From Planctomycetota bacterium (lineage in GTDB: Bacteria > Planctomycetota > B15-G4 > SIAN01), in NCBI GenBank assembly GCA_031409275.1, contig JANNXA010000030.1, forward strand, positions 11,507-75,506: a DNA stretch of 64,000 nt, given 5' to 3'. Positions within the stretch are counted from its first letter, which is position 1. Every line of letters starts with the position of its first letter. Shown piece by piece: positions 58,396-64,000 of the stretch. Both the position numbers and the translations under genes were made by a program. The notes beneath the pieces were generated by a model. It saw nothing but the letters and a program-made list of their open reading frames with translations. It ran no database searches and was not told where the DNA came from.

Positions 58396-58412
58396 AGCGA
58401 CGGGCGTGCCAA
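58396..58412 (-). promoter_or_regulatory. Sigma-54 (-24/-12) promoter candidate
   Basis: Minus strand TTGGCACGCCCGTCGCT versus consensus TGGCACG-N4-TTGC (one mismatch, correct spacing), about 50 nt upstream of ATG 58343. Confidence 0.55.
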
Positions 58413-58712
58413 GCAGCCCAAGCTCGCGGGTGAGTTTCGCCACCGTGCCGAGTCCGATGACCGTCCGAGCCGCGCGCAGCGTGGCCGCAGAGGCGCTCGC
58501 CGCGATGCGCGGCGATCGGCGTCGCGCCGCCGATCCGCGGTCCGCTCAGGACCAGGAGGGGGCCGTGACTCCGCCGGGGCCCAACGATGCCCCACGCGGC
58601 CCGGGCGGCGAAACCCTGCTCTCGATTTGGACATCCGGCCGATGATCTCGGCGTCCCGCAAAGCGCGGGCGGGCCGGTCGTGACGACGGGGAGCGCGAGG
58701 TTGAGCCGGAGC

Positions 58713-61475
<2,763 letters not shown>

Positions 61476-61546
61476 GCGGGACGAGGCGCGCCCCATCGCG
61501 CCGCGCGGTCGAAATCGTCAGCATGGTCGGCCATGGAGGGCCGCCG

Positions 61547-63604
61547 ATGACGAAGCTCGCGTACGACTTGAACGCCGAATGGATCGAGAGCGACGGGAGC
61601 GGCGGCTTCGCGATGGGCACGGTCGGCGGCTGGCGGTCGCGTCGCTACCACGCGCTGCTCGCCGCGGCGCTCGTGCCACCCAGCAGTCGCCACGTGCTGG
61701 TGAACGGCTTCGACGCGTGGGTCGAGACGGCGGCGGGCCGCGAGCCGCTCACCACGCAGAGCTACGCGCCCGACCTGCTCGCGCCGACGGGCTGGTCCGC
61801 GCTGACGGCGTTCTCGAACGAGCCGTGGCCGACCTGGCGCTTCACGCTGAGCGACGGCTCGCAGATCGTCCAGGAACTCTTCGCGGTGCATGGCGCACCA
61901 ACGATCGCGGTCGGCTGGCGACTCGAACGCTTCACGAAACGGGGCGACATACGAAGCGCGAAGCGGGACGCGGCGCGGCTGATCGTGCGCCCCTTCCTTT
62001 CCGGTCGCGACGCGCACGCGCTCCACCATGCCAACGACCTCTTCCGCTTCGAAGCGCAGACGCTCGCGGCGCCGCGCGGTGAGTCGCGCCTCAAGTGGCA
62101 GCCGTACGCCAGCCTGCCCGCCATCGCCAGCGTCGCGAACGGCACCTATCGCCACGAGCCGCACTGGTACCACCACTTCCAGTACACCGACGACTCGACG
62201 CGTGGATTCGAGTCGCAGGAGTCGCTCGGCTCGCCAGGGGAGTTCGAGTTCGACCTCGCGCGCGGACCGGCGTGGTGGATCGTCGCGCAGGAGCGGACGG
62301 TGGTGCGCGGCAAGCGTGGCGGCAAGCCGATCGAGAGCGTGGTCTCGCCGCTGCTCGCGAAGTCGGGCGCGGCGACGCTCGCGGCTCGCCTGCGCCGCAG
62401 CGAGCAGAAGCGTCGCGCCGCCTTCGCGACGCCGCTCGATCGGGCCGCCTCGCAGTTCGTGGTCGCGCGCGGTACCGGCAAGACGATCCTCGCCGGCTAC
62501 CCGTGGTTCACCGATTGGGGCCGCGACACCTGCATCGCCGTGCGCGGGCTGTGCCTCGCAACCGGTCGCCTCGCCGACGCACGCAACGTGCTGCTCACGT
62601 GGAGCGAGTCGCTGGCCGAGGGCGTGCTGCCCAATCGCTTCCCCGATGGCGGCGCGCCGCCCGAATTCGGCGCCGCCGACGCGTCGCTTTGGTTCGTGGT
62701 CGCGGTCGAAGAGCTGCTGGCGGCGAACGCGCGCGCCAAGCGGTCGCAGCGAGTCGTCGATGGCGCGACGCGCGAGCGACTGCTCGCCGCCTGCACCGCG
62801 ATCATCTCGTCCTACGCCAACGGCACGCAGCATGGCATCCGTGTCGACCGCGACGAGCTGCTCGCGGTCGGGATCGCGGCCGATTCCGCGACGCCGGGCG
62901 TGGCCGCGACGTGGATGGACGCACGCATTGATGGGCGCGCCGTAACTCCGCGCGTCGGCAAGCCGGTCGAGCTGCAGGCGCTGTGGTGGAACGCGCTGAC
63001 CTTCGCCGCGCGCGAAACGCCGGGCGACACCTATTGGCGCAAGCGCGCCGCGTGGTGCCGCCGATCGTTCCTCGCGCGCTTCTGGGATGCCGAGCACGGC
63101 ACGTTGCACGACGTCGTCGACGTCGACCACGTGGCCGGCACCCACGACGCGACGTTCCGCCCGAATCAGCTCTTCGCGCTCGGCGGATTGCCGCGCGCCC
63201 TGCTGACCGGTCCGCGCGCACGCCATCTCGTCGATGACATCGCGCTGCGACTGTGGACCCCGCGCGGCGTGCGGACGCTCGCGCCGGAAGAGCCGCGCTA
63301 CTGCCCGCGCTACGAAGGCGGGCCGAGCCAGCGCGATGCGGCCTACCACCAAGGCACCGCCTGGCCGTGGCTGCTCTTCCCGCTCGCCGACGCCTGGGCG
63401 AAGAGCCGCGGTGGCCGCGCTCCGGCGCGACGCAAGGCGTTCGCCCGCTTCCTCGCGCCGCTGCGCGAAGAGGTTGAGGCGCAGACGATCCCGCACGTCG
63501 CCGAGCTCGCCGACGCGCAGCCACCGCATGCCTGGAAGGGCTGCCCTGCGCAGGCGTGGTCACTCGCGGCGTTGTTGCAGGCGGAGGCGATGCGCGAGGA
63601 GTGA
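61547..63604 (+). CDS. Amylo-alpha-1,6-glucosidase (glycogen debranching enzyme)
   Basis: EWIESDGSGGFA, AGYPWFTDWGRDT, TWMDA, RPNQ, AYHQGTAWPWL and GCPAQAWS motifs; GGAGG RBS. Confidence 0.92.
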   Translation: MTKLAYDLNAEWIESDGSGGFAMGTVGGWRSRRYHALLAAALVPPSSRHVLVNGFDAWVETAAGREPLTTQSYAPDLLAPTGWSALTAFSNEPWPTWRFTLSDGSQIVQELFAVHGAPTIAVGWRLERFTKRGDIRSAKRDAARLIVRPFLSGRDAHALHHANDLFRFEAQTLAAPRGESRLKWQPYASLPAIASVANGTYRHEPHWYHHFQYTDDSTRGFESQESLGSPGEFEFDLARGPAWWIVAQERTVVRGKRGGKPIESVVSPLLAKSGAATLAARLRRSEQKRRAAFATPLDRAASQFVVARGTGKTILAGYPWFTDWGRDTCIAVRGLCLATGRLADARNVLLTWSESLAEGVLPNRFPDGGAPPEFGAADASLWFVVAVEELLAANARAKRSQRVVDGATRERLLAACTAIISSYANGTQHGIRVDRDELLAVGIAADSATPGVAATWMDARIDGRAVTPRVGKPVELQALWWNALTFAARETPGDTYWRKRAAWCRRSFLARFWDAEHGTLHDVVDVDHVAGTHDATFRPNQLFALGGLPRALLTGPRARHLVDDIALRLWTPRGVRTLAPEEPRYCPRYEGGPSQRDAAYHQGTAWPWLLFPLADAWAKSRGGRAPARRKAFARFLAPLREEVEAQTIPHVAELADAQPPHAWKGCPAQAWSLAALLQAEAMREE

Positions 63605-63618
63605 GCGGCGCGGCGACG

Positions 63619-64000
63619 TCACCGCCTCCCGTCGTCCCCATCGTCGCACTGGCCAAAGCAGCAGCCGACCCGTTGCGTCAGGTCACGGAAGGCGGGGTGG
63701 AGATCGACGCCGAACTCCTCGCTCAGCGTGGCGAGCGTGAAGCGGGCGTACTGCTTCTTCGACAGCTCGGCGAAGTGGCGATCGAGCGGGTCGTGATCGA
63801 TGAAGCGGCCGAAGAAGCGATCGCAGAAGGCGCGGTAGAGCTTCGTGTTCAGCACGAACGCGTGCCAGAGCTTGTCGATCGACTCGACCTGCTGGATCGG
63901 CTGGCCAGGGCGCGCGAACGGGATGGCCGAAAGCCACTGCAGCAGGCCGTCGAAGAGCGAGGCCGCGCTCGCGTCGGTGAGCCCGTAGTGCTGCACGGCA
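63619..64000 (-). CDS. Glycine-rich-domain-like protein, 5' end probably outside window
   Basis: IDKLWHAFVLNTKLYRAFCDRFFGRFIDHDP matches the D-x-x-WH...Y...C...HxP pattern. Confidence 0.6.
   Translation of the reverse strand, partial: AVQHYGLTDASAASLFDGLLQWLSAIPFARPGQPIQQVESIDKLWHAFVLNTKLYRAFCDRFFGRFIDHDPLDRHFAELSKKQYARFTLATLSEEFGVDLHPAFRDLTQRVGCCFGQCDDGDDGRR

Overview
High-GC (about 70% by eye), gene-dense bacterial chromosome segment. It is most likely Planctomycetota, inferred from an ECF sigma factor/Ser-Thr kinase pair, large secreted multidomain proteins and a ThuA/LamG/beta-propeller protein. I found no rRNA, tRNA, CRISPR array or intact transposase. Ordinary content: S10 peptidase, metallophosphoesterase, bacterioferritin-like protein, SNF2+SWIM pair, SbcC/SbcD-like pair, zwf, tal-pgi fusion, GH63 and glycogen-debranching glucosidases. 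Most notable observations: (1) a four-gene porin-cytochrome cluster (46173-52832) with a decaheme MtrC/OmcA-type lipoprotein carrying a ~350-aa insertion, a ~470-aa beta-barrel porin and a 13-heme cytochrome, a candidate extracellular electron-transfer conduit; (2) an FG-GAP repeat gene read through an in-frame TGA followed by Cys and a SECIS-like hairpin, a candidate Sec-Cys selenoprotein; (3) a perfect 26-bp inverted repeat between an ECF/kinase pair and a beta-propeller diheme cytochrome gene; (4) a beta-propeller/NikA-like fusion divergent from an ECF/zinc anti-sigma pair; (5) a C-terminal module shared by two unrelated proteins; (6) several pseudogene remnants. All family calls come from motif recognition, not database searches.
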